From Candidatus Poribacteria bacterium (lineage in GTDB: Bacteria; Poribacteria; WGA-4E; UBA9662): a stretch of 43,779 nucleotides of DNA. Shown here piece by piece: positions 32,214-42,347 of this stretch (the first letter of the stretch is position 1; every line of letters starts with the position of its first letter). Made by a program: the position numbers and the translations under genes. The notes beneath the pieces are model-generated. The model was given only the letters and a program-made list of their open reading frames with translations, did not search any database and was not told where the DNA came from. The DNA lies in NCBI GenBank assembly GCA_046582655.1, contig JAYGDX010000202.1, positions 1-43,779 of the forward strand, written 5' to 3'.

Positions 32214-34505
32214 ATGGACGTCCCTCAATTTCTGGATAAACTTTTCAGCTCCACAAGCTATCAAGACCAAATTGTCTATACTAAACACCTTCCAAAACGC
32301 GATGCGCGGTTCAAAGAATTATCTGAACCCATACTCCCTCCGTTACAACGAGCTCTAGATCGAATTGGAATTCATCGGTTCTACACCCACCAAGCTGAAT
32401 CAATTGATCTGATACGTGGTGGTAAGGACATCATAATTGAAACGGGAACGGCCAGTGGAAAGACACTTTGTTATAATCTGCCTGTTCTCGAGAGCATACT
32501 GGAAAATCATTCTAACTGTGCGCTTTATCTCTTTCCCACGAAGGCACTGGCCCAAGACCAAATACGCAGTATTCAGAATTTTGTGGATACTGACACTAAA
32601 ATCAAATCGATAGTAACGATCAAGTCCTATGATGGAGATACTCCCAAAGAGAATCGCCCAGAAATTCGTCGATCAGCCAATATTCTCATCAGCAACCCTG
32701 ACATGATTAATCTTGCAATCTTACCGAATCATCAGCGTTGGAGTCGGTTCTTCCAAAATTTGAAATATATTATAATTGATGAGATGCACATCTATCATGG
32801 ACCGTTTGGGTCACATGTAGCCAATATTATTCGCCGATTGAGCAGGATATCCAACCATTACGGTGCAAACCCTCAATTCATATGCTGTTCAGCTACTATT
32901 GCCAATCCAGTCGAATCGGCTGGAGCAATGATTAATCGTCCAGTTCAATTGGTAAACCAGGATGGCGCGCCACAAGGCGAACGAACTTTTCTCATTTGGA
33001 ATCCTCCGATTGTCAACCCATCAGAAAACACACGGCGCAACACAAGTTCTGAAGCACAGGAGTTGATTGCGAACCTGATGGAATCTGAGATTCAGACCAT
33101 TGCTTTTACCCAAACTCGAGCTACTGCGGAACTTATTTGTCGTTATGTACGAGAATTGCTAAACTTCGCTAGTCCGGAATTAACAGAGAGAATTCAAGCC
33201 TATCGAGGAGGATATTTGCCAAGGTATCGTCGTGAAATCGAACAAAAATTGGCTTCAGGCAAGTTGCTCAGCGTGGTAACGACCAATGCACTAGAACTCG
33301 GCATTGATGTTGGCAATTTAGACGCGTGTGTGATAGTCGGATTTCCAGGTACAATTGCGAGCTTATGGCAACAGGCGGGTAGAGTTGGTCGAGGATCGTC
33401 TACTTCGCTAATAATATTAATTGTTAACAATCTGCCAATTGAACAGTATTTAACGCAGCATCCAGAATATCTTTTTGAGCGGATGCCTGAGCAAACAGTT
33501 GTATCACCGGAAAACCCCTATATCTTAGCGGAACATCTGAGGTGTGCTGCACATGAGATTCCGTTGAGAAAATCCGATCAGAAGTTCTTTGGCAAGAAAA
33601 TGCCCTTCATTGCAGATTATCTTTATAAAAAAGGTGATTTGAAACGATCAGGAACCCAATATTATATCGTACAGAGTGATTATCCATCACGCCATGTAGA
33701 TCTTCGTTCTGTCCCAAGCCGGGTATACGCAATTAAAGATATTCAGACGAAAAAAGTCATTGGCACTATCGACGGTGCGCGTATTTTTTCACATGCGCAT
33801 CCTGGAGCGATCTACCTGCATAATTCAGAAACCTACTTGGTCAAAGAACTGGATGTTGATAACCGTGTTGTCACCACTGAACCAGTGACCTCTGATTATT
33901 ACACCCAATCGGTTGTGGTGGAACATATTGATATCATCGAATCTAGAGGGCAAAAGAACTGGGGTGACAGCACAATTGAAACAGGCAAAATTCTCATAAA
34001 ATCCCGAGCTACAGAATTTCGGCAAATTACGTTCCATTCACATGAATTTGTCGGTCGAAAGGTTTTAGACCTGCCTGAACAGAGAGTGCAAACGCTGGGT
34101 ACCTGGTTTATACCTAATCCTGACCTTTTTCCTTTTATTGAAAGGGAACTACAACTTAGTTACTTCGGTGGGTTGGAGGCCATCAAAAACGTCCTTGAAT
34201 CAATCTTACCACTTTATACGATGTCAGAGCAACAAGGTTGTCGGGGAAAAGTCCAGCCTAATGATGGTGGAGAACTGGCAATTTTTCTGTTGGATGCATA
34301 TCCGGGTGGTCTTGGTTATACCGAGACAAGCTATAACCAGTTTGGTAAGATGATGTTACATGCGTCCGAGATTATATCTGGTTGTGGCTGCCGTGACGGT
34401 TGTCCTTCCTGTGTCCACCCAATATATATGTTTGCCAGCAGTGATGAAAAACCTGACAAGCAAACTGCAATGGAGATTCTAAAATTAATATTACAAGGTG
34501 TCTGA
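32214..34505 (+). CDS. DEAD/DEAH-box SF2 helicase with a DUF1998 four-Cys domain (MrfA/YprA/Hrq1-like)
   Basis: 'YTHQ', 'TGTASGKT', 'PTKALAQDQ', 'DEMH', 'SAT', 'TNALELGIDVG', 'QQAGRVGR', 'DAYPGGLG', 'CGCRDGCPSC'. Confidence 0.93.
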   Translation: MDVPQFLDKLFSSTSYQDQIVYTKHLPKRDARFKELSEPILPPLQRALDRIGIHRFYTHQAESIDLIRGGKDIIIETGTASGKTLCYNLPVLESILENHSNCALYLFPTKALAQDQIRSIQNFVDTDTKIKSIVTIKSYDGDTPKENRPEIRRSANILISNPDMINLAILPNHQRWSRFFQNLKYIIIDEMHIYHGPFGSHVANIIRRLSRISNHYGANPQFICCSATIANPVESAGAMINRPVQLVNQDGAPQGERTFLIWNPPIVNPSENTRRNTSSEAQELIANLMESEIQTIAFTQTRATAELICRYVRELLNFASPELTERIQAYRGGYLPRYRREIEQKLASGKLLSVVTTNALELGIDVGNLDACVIVGFPGTIASLWQQAGRVGRGSSTSLIILIVNNLPIEQYLTQHPEYLFERMPEQTVVSPENPYILAEHLRCAAHEIPLRKSDQKFFGKKMPFIADYLYKKGDLKRSGTQYYIVQSDYPSRHVDLRSVPSRVYAIKDIQTKKVIGTIDGARIFSHAHPGAIYLHNSETYLVKELDVDNRVVTTEPVTSDYYTQSVVVEHIDIIESRGQKNWGDSTIETGKILIKSRATEFRQITFHSHEFVGRKVLDLPEQRVQTLGTWFIPNPDLFPFIERELQLSYFGGLEAIKNVLESILPLYTMSEQQGCRGKVQPNDGGELAIFLLDAYPGGLGYTETSYNQFGKMMLHASEIISGCGCRDGCPSCVHPIYMFASSDEKPDKQTAMEILKLILQGV

Positions 34506-34736
34506 ACACTGGAACCTAAATGCTATATGATGACAGAATTTCAATAGTTCCCACCAAATAATAACTACTGTTTTGCTAATCTTTTTCCTTCAGTTTCTAC
34601 ATATTTCGGGTTGATAATTAAATATAATTTTTGAGGTCAAGTATTTAACTTCTTTTATTTATTGAGCTTTCATTATTTGTTCTTAACTGGATGGATAACC
34701 AACATGGTAGAATCAATGGATTTTCTAAGGAAACCA

Positions 34737-35537
34737 ATGATAAAAGAGAATAAAGTGAAATCCGCATTAAGGTCGGGAAAAACTATTATTGGTAGTGAAG
34801 CTTCGCGTTTTGGTGTCGCTGATCTTGTGCATATTTTTGCCCAATCTGGTTTCGATTTCATCTTTATCGATATGGAACACACGACCTTTAACCTTGAAAC
34901 GGTGGCGCAGATGATCCAAGTTTCCCGGCTGCTTGATATTACCCCGATTGTGCGTGTTCCGGATGCAGAATATCATTTGGTCGCTAGGGTTATAGATGTT
35001 GGAGCACAGGGCGTGATGATCCCCAGGATGAATACACCAAAACAAGTAGAAGAAATTGTCAGTTGGCTTCGATATCCTCCCAATGGTATCAGGGGATATG
35101 CTCAGACGTCACACCAAACAAATTATAAGGCGCTACCGACAGAAGATTTCATAGCGGCGATGGAAAGGGAAACTCTACTCCTGATTCAGATAGAACGTAA
35201 GGTTGCTTTAGACCATCTTGATGAAATACTTTCTATATCTGGTGTAGATGTGGCCGTACTCGGAATTATGGATTTGTCGGTGGACCTAGGTATACCAGGT
35301 CAAATAAATCATCCTTTGATGATCGAAAGTATTGAAAGGGTTATTTCGGTTTCTCAGCGATATGGAATCAGCTCCGGTATGATTGCTGGGGACCTCGAAT
35401 TCGTGTTGGACTGGGGCTTGCAAGGGATAAGGTTTTTATCCTACGCCACGGGAGAAAGGATTTTGCTTGATGCAGTCAGTACAGCAGCTACGAACAGCTG
35501 TAAAGGATTCCGTATGAGTTTTGAGGGACAGGCTTGA
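34737..35537 (+). CDS. HpcH/HpaI aldolase family protein
   Basis: 'GFDFIFIDMEH', 'PIVRVP', 'YPPNGIRG', 'IQIE', 'DLSVDLG'; RBS AAGGA. Confidence 0.88.
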   Translation: MIKENKVKSALRSGKTIIGSEASRFGVADLVHIFAQSGFDFIFIDMEHTTFNLETVAQMIQVSRLLDITPIVRVPDAEYHLVARVIDVGAQGVMIPRMNTPKQVEEIVSWLRYPPNGIRGYAQTSHQTNYKALPTEDFIAAMERETLLLIQIERKVALDHLDEILSISGVDVAVLGIMDLSVDLGIPGQINHPLMIESIERVISVSQRYGISSGMIAGDLEFVLDWGLQGIRFLSYATGERILLDAVSTAATNSCKGFRMSFEGQA

Positions 35538-35820
35538 GAACTGAAAGACATTCATCGGTGACAAATTAATTGAAGTGGAATTTGCAGCCCAATTGGAGAG
35601 AATGATAGGCTCGCTTTCAATTGTAACCAAAAGTAGGATTTAGTATATTTAGTTATCGGATTCAAATTTGTGCTAAGACGAACAACACAATATATGTTAG
35701 GATATCTCTGGTTAAATTGCGAGGATGAAAGGTTAGTAATTAGTGGATTGTGTTGAGGGGTTCATAGATCCAAGTTGTCGGATATCCAATTAATAATCAA
35801 ATGAATTCATTGAGTTTGTG

Positions 35821-36630
35821 ATGGAATTTTTTAAGAATGGCGTGACTGCTCATCGAGGCAATTCAGCGCAATTGCCAGAAAACACCATGTTGGCGTTTAT
35901 TAGTGCAGTTAGTATTGAAGCTGATTGGATCGAAGCGGATATACGGCAAACAGCTGAGGGTAAATTAATCGTCCTTCATGACGATGACACCAAACGGTTA
36001 GCAAACCGAAACCTATCAATCAAAAATGTCACATATGCGGAACTTGAAGCTATTGATATTGCCTACCAGTTTCGATTTACTAACCAACTTACTATTGAAC
36101 AATGTCCAAAATTACCGGTGCCTTTGCTGTCTGATGTAATTAACCTAATGAAATCGCAGAAGTTGACCAAATCTCAGCATTTTACGCGACTCTCGATTCA
36201 TCCGAAGGTTGATTGTATCGATAAAGTGATCCAACTTATTGAGGATATGAATGCTATGATATGGGTTGGGTTTAATGATAGCAATTTGAGGAATCTAAAG
36301 CAGGTTAAAGCATGGAATCCTGAGATTTCAGCGTTTTGGGATCGTCCAGCCGATAATGATATCGATGATGATATCGAGATGGCCAGAGAGTTTGGTGTTG
36401 AAAGCATCATAATCCAACACGATGGGATTACCTCACCAAAAGTCAAATCAGTTCACAGTGCAGGCCTTGAAGTTGGTGCTTGGACTGTCAATGATCTATC
36501 AACTATGGAAAATTTACTGGAACTCGGTGTGGATCGCATCTACACTGACTGTCCAATTGATCTATTAGTTATTAAAAGTCAGTCGTCACCGCTAGGTGAA
36601 AATTTATTGAATCCGTCACAACAATTATAA
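35821..36630 (+). CDS. Glycerophosphodiester phosphodiesterase family protein
   Basis: 'AHRG....PENT', 'IEADI', 'VLHD', 'AWTVND', 'GVDRIYTD'. Confidence 0.9.
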   Translation: MEFFKNGVTAHRGNSAQLPENTMLAFISAVSIEADWIEADIRQTAEGKLIVLHDDDTKRLANRNLSIKNVTYAELEAIDIAYQFRFTNQLTIEQCPKLPVPLLSDVINLMKSQKLTKSQHFTRLSIHPKVDCIDKVIQLIEDMNAMIWVGFNDSNLRNLKQVKAWNPEISAFWDRPADNDIDDDIEMAREFGVESIIIQHDGITSPKVKSVHSAGLEVGAWTVNDLSTMENLLELGVDRIYTDCPIDLLVIKSQSSPLGENLLNPSQQL

Positions 36631-36645
36631 AATGGAGAACTTCAG

Positions 36646-37428
36646 ATGTTAACAGAAAATCAGGTAGAAGCTTACCATCGCGATGGCTACGTGAAAGTTG
36701 AGTCGTTATTCACTGATGAGGAGGTTGAAGAACTCGGATCGGAGATGATAAGAGTTATCTCCGAATGGGGAAATGAGTCCATTGGCTGGCATGGTCCTTG
36801 GCGTGACATGTATCTACCGGAAGATGAGCGGCAAAACACCAAAGCCGTGTTTATGCACAACCCGCACTTCTATTCAGCCGCCTGGGGACGTGTGATTTTC
36901 CATTCGCGCTTGGTAGAAGCGGTGCAGTCACTGATTGGGTCGAGCGTTCAATGGCATCACACAGTACTACATGCTAAACCTCCCAAACTCGGAACACCAT
37001 TTCCAATGCATCAGGATTATCCTTTTTACCCGCATGACGGCCCTGGTTTTGTTGACTGCCTGGTTCATTTGGATGATACGCCTTTGGAGAGTGGATGTTT
37101 GCAAGTTGTCCAAGGCAGTCACAAAAATGGGCCACTAGAGCATATTACTGGGTCTCATACGGCTCCCCATCTACCGACTGATAAATATCACCCGGATTTT
37201 ATTGAGACTGTATCAATTCCAGCTAGGGTAGGAGACGTCATTTTCTTTAGCTATTATGCGGTTCACTGGTCTAACGTAAATCGATCTGGAGAATGGAGAC
37301 GTTCAGTCCGCTTTGGATATCATACCCCAGATATTTATCCGGTTGGAAAGGATAGGGACGAGCCTTATAATAACATAGTCGCCGGTGGGTTCAAAGAAAA
37401 CAGACAAGCTAACGAGGATTCGGCCTAA
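36646..37428 (+). CDS. Phytanoyl-CoA dioxygenase (PhyH) family protein
   Basis: 'YHRDGYV', 'PMHQDYP', 'GCLQVVQGSH', 'GDVIFF...VHWS'. Confidence 0.92.
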   Translation: MLTENQVEAYHRDGYVKVESLFTDEEVEELGSEMIRVISEWGNESIGWHGPWRDMYLPEDERQNTKAVFMHNPHFYSAAWGRVIFHSRLVEAVQSLIGSSVQWHHTVLHAKPPKLGTPFPMHQDYPFYPHDGPGFVDCLVHLDDTPLESGCLQVVQGSHKNGPLEHITGSHTAPHLPTDKYHPDFIETVSIPARVGDVIFFSYYAVHWSNVNRSGEWRRSVRFGYHTPDIYPVGKDRDEPYNNIVAGGFKENRQANEDSA

Positions 37429-37601
37429 TTGAAGTATAAGACAATGGTATAAACAACGCTGGAAAGTTCTAAACGTATTTGATCCAGTCCAATTTCCATG
37501 CGACGAAGATCGGCTTTCAAGTGTGAACGGCCATGTTATTAGGTATCGTAGCCATACAGAGAACTTGAAAGACAGTTTATAAAATCAAAACGGAGAGAGT
37601 A

Positions 37602-38417
37602 ATGGTTGATGTTTGCTTCTTTGCAGATGAAGTTTCAAAGGACTTCGATCAAGCTATCAAATTAGGTGTTGATGCGGGAGCTAACACTGTTGAAATTCGC
37701 GGTGGTTTGTGGGGAGATAGCGTTACCACTATTGATAACAATGGTATCAAACGAATGCAGGATGTATTGGCAAAATATAACGTGAAAGTGACTTGCATTG
37801 GTTCCCCATTTGGGAAATGTAGTATTGACAGTTTCGAGGAGTATGAAACACATCGACGCTACTTTGACCGGATGATTGGATTAGCACATGCCTTTGAAAC
37901 ACGTATCATCCGTGGTTTTATGTTCTGGAAACCCAATCGGAAAACGGACAAATCACGTCCTGATTTAAGTAAATACATAGATCAAATTGTCGAGAAAATG
38001 TCGCCCGTTATACCAATAGCTGAAAGTGCTGACGTAACACTCTCAATTGAGAACGAAGGATCAACTCTGCTTGGGACCTGCCAGGAGGTTAAGACTGCTA
38101 TCGATGCGCTGGGTAATAGTCCAGCACTTACCGTCTGTTGGGATGTTATGAATGGGTTGCACTGTGGCGAGATTCCTTATCCTGATGGATATGATCATAT
38201 CAAAGGCCTAGTAACCCACTTTCATGTTAAGCCGAATGCGGATAAAAAGATGAATCCAGTAGGAACAACTGATGTCACTTATCAAGATTTGCTGACTTCT
38301 GTTATTGCTGATGGATTTAGTGGTTCGGCTAGCATCGAACATTGGGGAACTCCAGAGTTGATGTTACAGGGTATACGTGAACTACGACAAGCGATAGATC
38401 AAATGAAAGTTAATTAG
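37602..38417 (+). CDS. Sugar phosphate isomerase/epimerase (xylose isomerase-like TIM barrel)
   Basis: 'FADEVS', 'IENE', 'WDVMN', 'HFHVK', 'SIEH'. Confidence 0.85.
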   Translation: MVDVCFFADEVSKDFDQAIKLGVDAGANTVEIRGGLWGDSVTTIDNNGIKRMQDVLAKYNVKVTCIGSPFGKCSIDSFEEYETHRRYFDRMIGLAHAFETRIIRGFMFWKPNRKTDKSRPDLSKYIDQIVEKMSPVIPIAESADVTLSIENEGSTLLGTCQEVKTAIDALGNSPALTVCWDVMNGLHCGEIPYPDGYDHIKGLVTHFHVKPNADKKMNPVGTTDVTYQDLLTSVIADGFSGSASIEHWGTPELMLQGIRELRQAIDQMKVN

Positions 38418-38619
38418 CAAAAAGAGCCGATTTTATGGACTTAGGCTTAGGAGTCAATTGAAGAAAGTTTCTGAAAATAAGTTGATACCAGGTTAAAGTG
38501 GATGATTGGATAGAAGCAAGAAGAGATGGATATCGAACATTTTGTTAAGCAACAAGTATCCTAGTTTATTAAAAGTATCTCATCAAGTAACTGAATGACG
38601 AACAGAATTAGAGTCTTTC

Positions 38620-39939
38620 ATGTTTCCTAAAATTACAAACCTTATTCAATCCCACATTTGGAAACTCCCTCTTGATCAATTGCCCAGGTGGCAGTCTCCT
38701 CTAATTAAGCAAGTCAGGGTTTTTATATTAGCTTTCAAAGGATTTAATAGGGATAAGTGTCAACTTCGGGCTGCAGCGCTAACTTTTTATTCTATTCTCT
38801 CGCTAATTCCAGTATTAGCGATGGTTTTCGGCATTGCCCAAGGGTTTGGTTTTGAACAAAAATTAGAGTTGCTATTACAGGAGAAAATCGCCAGCCGAGA
38901 TATGGTTGCAAAAGAAGGTGTTGATTGGATAATTAGCAAGGCAAAGCTTTTACTTGAAAGTACTAGAGGAAGTTTGATTGCCGGTGTTGGCCTTATCGTG
39001 CTTATGTGGGCTGCGACTAGGGTTCTACGCCATATTGAGGCCGCACTCAATGATATATGGGAGATAAAAAATTCACGTCCATGGATTAGGAATTTCACCG
39101 ATTTCCTCTCCGTTATGGTGGTGGCCCCGATACTATTCATCTTAGCCCAAAGTGCAACTGTCTTCATTACTGCAATAATTCAGAATTTAAGCGGAGGTAT
39201 GGAATTATTAGGGTATCTGTTTTTGCTGATGAAGTTTGTCCCTTTTGGTCTCATCTGGTTGCTTTTTACCATGATCTATGTAGTTGTACCGAATACGAAG
39301 GTCAGCTTCAAATCCGCCTTAATTGCTGGCATCATTGTTGGGACAATTTTTCAATTGTCGCAGTGGGTTTTCTTCAAGTCTCAAATTGGAATATCAAAAT
39401 ATAACGCTATCTACGGTAGTTTCGCTTTCCTACCACTGCTGCTGATCTGGGTACAAACAGCATGGCTGATTTTGCTATTGGGTGCAGAGATTGCTTTTGC
39501 TAACCAACACATAAATCGCTATGAATTTGCTCTGGGAAGCCAAGAAGTAAAACCCTCCTTCAAAAAACTAGTGACCCTCTTAATTACTAATCTATTAGTT
39601 AGAAATTTTTTAGAAGCGAAGAGTTCACTTACGGCCGAAGAGATTTCAGCTGTGTTGCATGCCCCAGTACGGTTGGTGAGACAATGTATTACCGACCTAA
39701 TGGACTCAAAGATTATTAGCGAAGTGGGCAGGCAAGGTTCCCAGGATACATCTTATCAACCAGCTAGGAGCGTTGAGGATCTCAGCGTTAGCTTTGTCTT
39801 ACAAGCTATCGACGAGCACGGATTAGGAGACATTCACATCCGTGAGTCTGGTGAATCCAAACGATTATCTCAAGCATTAGAAGCTTTAAACCAGGAAATC
39901 GAACGATCCCCATCTAATATGTTGCTGAAAGATATTTAG
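38620..39939 (+). CDS. YihY/virulence factor BrkB family membrane protein with a C-terminal HTH-like domain
   Basis: 'AAALTFYSILSLIPVL', 'IEAALNDIW', 'YNAIYGSFAFLPLLLIW...LLLGAE', 'YQPAR'. Confidence 0.9.
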   Translation: MFPKITNLIQSHIWKLPLDQLPRWQSPLIKQVRVFILAFKGFNRDKCQLRAAALTFYSILSLIPVLAMVFGIAQGFGFEQKLELLLQEKIASRDMVAKEGVDWIISKAKLLLESTRGSLIAGVGLIVLMWAATRVLRHIEAALNDIWEIKNSRPWIRNFTDFLSVMVVAPILFILAQSATVFITAIIQNLSGGMELLGYLFLLMKFVPFGLIWLLFTMIYVVVPNTKVSFKSALIAGIIVGTIFQLSQWVFFKSQIGISKYNAIYGSFAFLPLLLIWVQTAWLILLLGAEIAFANQHINRYEFALGSQEVKPSFKKLVTLLITNLLVRNFLEAKSSLTAEEISAVLHAPVRLVRQCITDLMDSKIISEVGRQGSQDTSYQPARSVEDLSVSFVLQAIDEHGLGDIHIRESGESKRLSQALEALNQEIERSPSNMLLKDI

Positions 39940-39994
39940 TTTTTACAGGTATACTTAACTGTCTAAGGAATTCAACATTCTGATCATTCTTGTA

Positions 39995-40318
39995 TTATAA
40001 TTCGATGAACAGGTTAAGAATAGAAGCTATCAATAGCGCGATCCCCACATTTAAGTTTTGCTGGCTGAGTCCAATGACGGTGGAGAGGCATAATAGACTT
40101 CCCGAGACAAACAACAAAATCGATATTGGTACAATTCGGTAAATTCGAAGCTGTTGATGCTGAATCCACTTAACAATTCCAACCGTGTTATATGCTTCCA
40201 TCTGATACCCTGACATCTTTCGTGATAAGTTTTTAATTAATGTATCCATCACCCGGATACTCAATAGACTAATGACTGTGTATAGCAACAATTGTGTGAG
40301 AGTGTTCATGGTATTCAC
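39995..40318 (-). CDS. Small hypothetical membrane protein
   Basis: 107-aa ORF with three hydrophobic segments; GAGG RBS suggests a start at the ATG at 40309. Confidence 0.5.
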   Translation of the reverse strand: MNTMNTLTQLLLYTVISLLSIRVMDTLIKNLSRKMSGYQMEAYNTVGIVKWIQHQQLRIYRIVPISILLFVSGSLLCLSTVIGLSQQNLNVGIALLIASILNLFIEL

Positions 40319-40343
40319 CTCGATTTGGTTTGTTCTATACCTT

Positions 40344-40381
40344 ACGATGGCGGTATCAGAAAACGATGGCGGTATCAGAAA
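40344..40381. repeat. Perfect 19-bp tandem duplication
   Basis: ACGATGGCGGTATCAGAAA x2. Confidence 0.9.
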
Positions 40382-40527
40382 GTTACGATAGTTTTTAGCC
40401 TTTTAATAATTTATTCACGTTTATCAAAATAGTATTGACGGATCAGTAACTGAATGCCAGGATGTCAATAAGCGTGCATCAAGGAGCTGTCGAAATCAGC
40501 ATCGTACACGTCCCAGAAAATAATGGC

Positions 40528-41030
40528 TTAGTTACAAGCACTTTGTCTAGATTTTCTATAAAGATGGAGATAGATTGTGATTCCAGACAAGTTAGTTGAA
40601 TTTATACAAGGGCTGGCATTTTCTATTGCACACATAACATGTGTATTGTCCCATGTTTTGCCACCATCAGTTGACTCACTCTGATACACATTCAAAGCTT
40701 TGCGGTTTCTATTGTCATTCCCACGTCCTGACCATGCATTTGCTGCAATAGATCTATTGGCTATTCTGCCGTCTTCGGCGTATGCATGATGCCAAATCAA
40801 GAGTTTGTTTCCTTTGTTTACAGCAACCATTGTCGGGTTGGCTACTATACTCTTACAGCCGTTATCTTTATAATCGGACCAGGTTTGTCCTTCATCATAA
40901 GACGATGCCTGCCACATTCCTTTTGCAACATGGTCGCCGCCACCAACCATCATAAGCAATCGTGCCTTACCTCCACTATCAGACAGGTAAAAAATAAACG
41001 GAGGATTGCACGCTTATCGAAAAGCAAGGC
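40528..41030 (-). pseudogene. Sialidase-like (Asp-box) gene fragment
   Basis: Asp-boxes 'SYDEGQTW' and 'STDGGKTW'; both ends truncated; boundaries approximate. Confidence 0.65.
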
Positions 41031-41372
41031 CATTCTTCTTGGGTCTGATATTGGGGAAATTTATCGGGGGATGTTTTTTTTAACATTCCGACATATGGTC
41101 AATTATGCCATATTATGGGCGATAAAATAGGAGAAATTGTAGGATGCTCGATTTCGAGATGAATTACCGAATGGTGAGATATTAGGATTCTACAGGAGAC
41201 GAAAGTCCTGATTGAGCAATACCACCAAAAATATAATGAGGAAAGGCTACACAGTAATATTGGATATGAGACCCCTTGGATTTTACTGAACAGCATCACA
41301 TAAACAATCAACTACTATCACCAAACGTAGTATAATTTATTGGTGCAGACCACTGAAATATTAGGAGGGCAC

Positions 41373-42242
41373 ATGTTCATTCTTACATTTGACGTCGAAA
41401 GTGCTTACGCGCTCAATCCAAGCTTAGAATCCGATAAAAACTGGCAAATCTGGTTGGAAGAAACTCTAACCAGTATTACGCAGATTACCCAGATACTAAA
41501 ACGGCATGAAGTACCAGCAACTTTCTTTATTGTGGGGAAAGTAATTGAACGAGCTGGTCAGGATCTTGTAGACTTATTAGATAACAATCTTCTGTTCGAC
41601 ATTGGGTCTCATACTTACAGTCACATGGGAATCTTGAGTGACAACTCCGAGGTGCTCCAACAGTTGGATCCAGAACTTGTTAAAACATCAGAACTTATCC
41701 TAAAGTATTTCGGTAGAAAACCGCTTGGCTTTTGCGCTCCTGGAGGATTTTACCGAGGACTACAGGGACATCCAAAGCAACTCGGCATTCTGTGGAATCA
41801 CGGTCACCGCTTTATTCGTACCGATGGTGTGGGTCCACCTGAGCAACCAATGCCGGCTCTTTTTACTCAGCCTTATTGGCATACCCAAGATGGTTTCCCT
41901 GATCTGTTTGAAGTACCAGCAACTGGCTGGCACTGTAACCTCCTCTTCAACACCGGTTATCAGAGCGACGGTTGGAAACCAGGACCCGGTTTTGTTGATG
42001 GAACCATCCTGGAGAGATTGCCGACCACAGTGAAAGAAGGATTTCAGGCACGAAGAAAGGAATTTCAGTATGCCATCGATAATAATTTGATCTATGGGCC
42101 AGCAATGCATCCTTGGTCCGTTTACCGCTTTGATCCAGAGTTGAAGCACCTTGAACAGTTGATTGAAATGGCACGAGAAAAGAATGTGCCGATTATGAAT
42201 TGTCGTCAACTATATGATAAACACCAAAAATCGGCAGCCTAA
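41373..42242 (+). CDS. Polysaccharide deacetylase (CE4/NodB-like) family protein
   Basis: 'LTFDVE', 'PATFFIVG', 'IGSHTYSH', 'GFCAPGG', 'MHPW'; GGAGG RBS. Confidence 0.85.
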   Translation: MFILTFDVESAYALNPSLESDKNWQIWLEETLTSITQITQILKRHEVPATFFIVGKVIERAGQDLVDLLDNNLLFDIGSHTYSHMGILSDNSEVLQQLDPELVKTSELILKYFGRKPLGFCAPGGFYRGLQGHPKQLGILWNHGHRFIRTDGVGPPEQPMPALFTQPYWHTQDGFPDLFEVPATGWHCNLLFNTGYQSDGWKPGPGFVDGTILERLPTTVKEGFQARRKEFQYAIDNNLIYGPAMHPWSVYRFDPELKHLEQLIEMAREKNVPIMNCRQLYDKHQKSAA

Positions 42243-42347
42243 CACAATAATAAATTATATAACTCTAGAGGTGAAGTTAAGTTTTGCCCAAGCATCTAAC
42301 TAGCACCTGTTGAGCTAATTTACAAACTCAAGGAGTTGAAAATTATC

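Noticed and set aside
40344..40381. CRISPR array
   Set aside because: Only two abutting copies, no spacers and no cas genes.
42297..42312. TAACTAGCACCTGTTG resembling the reverse complement of the IS end at 1068
   Set aside because: Short imperfect match 41 kb away with no adjacent transposase; at most a solo scar.
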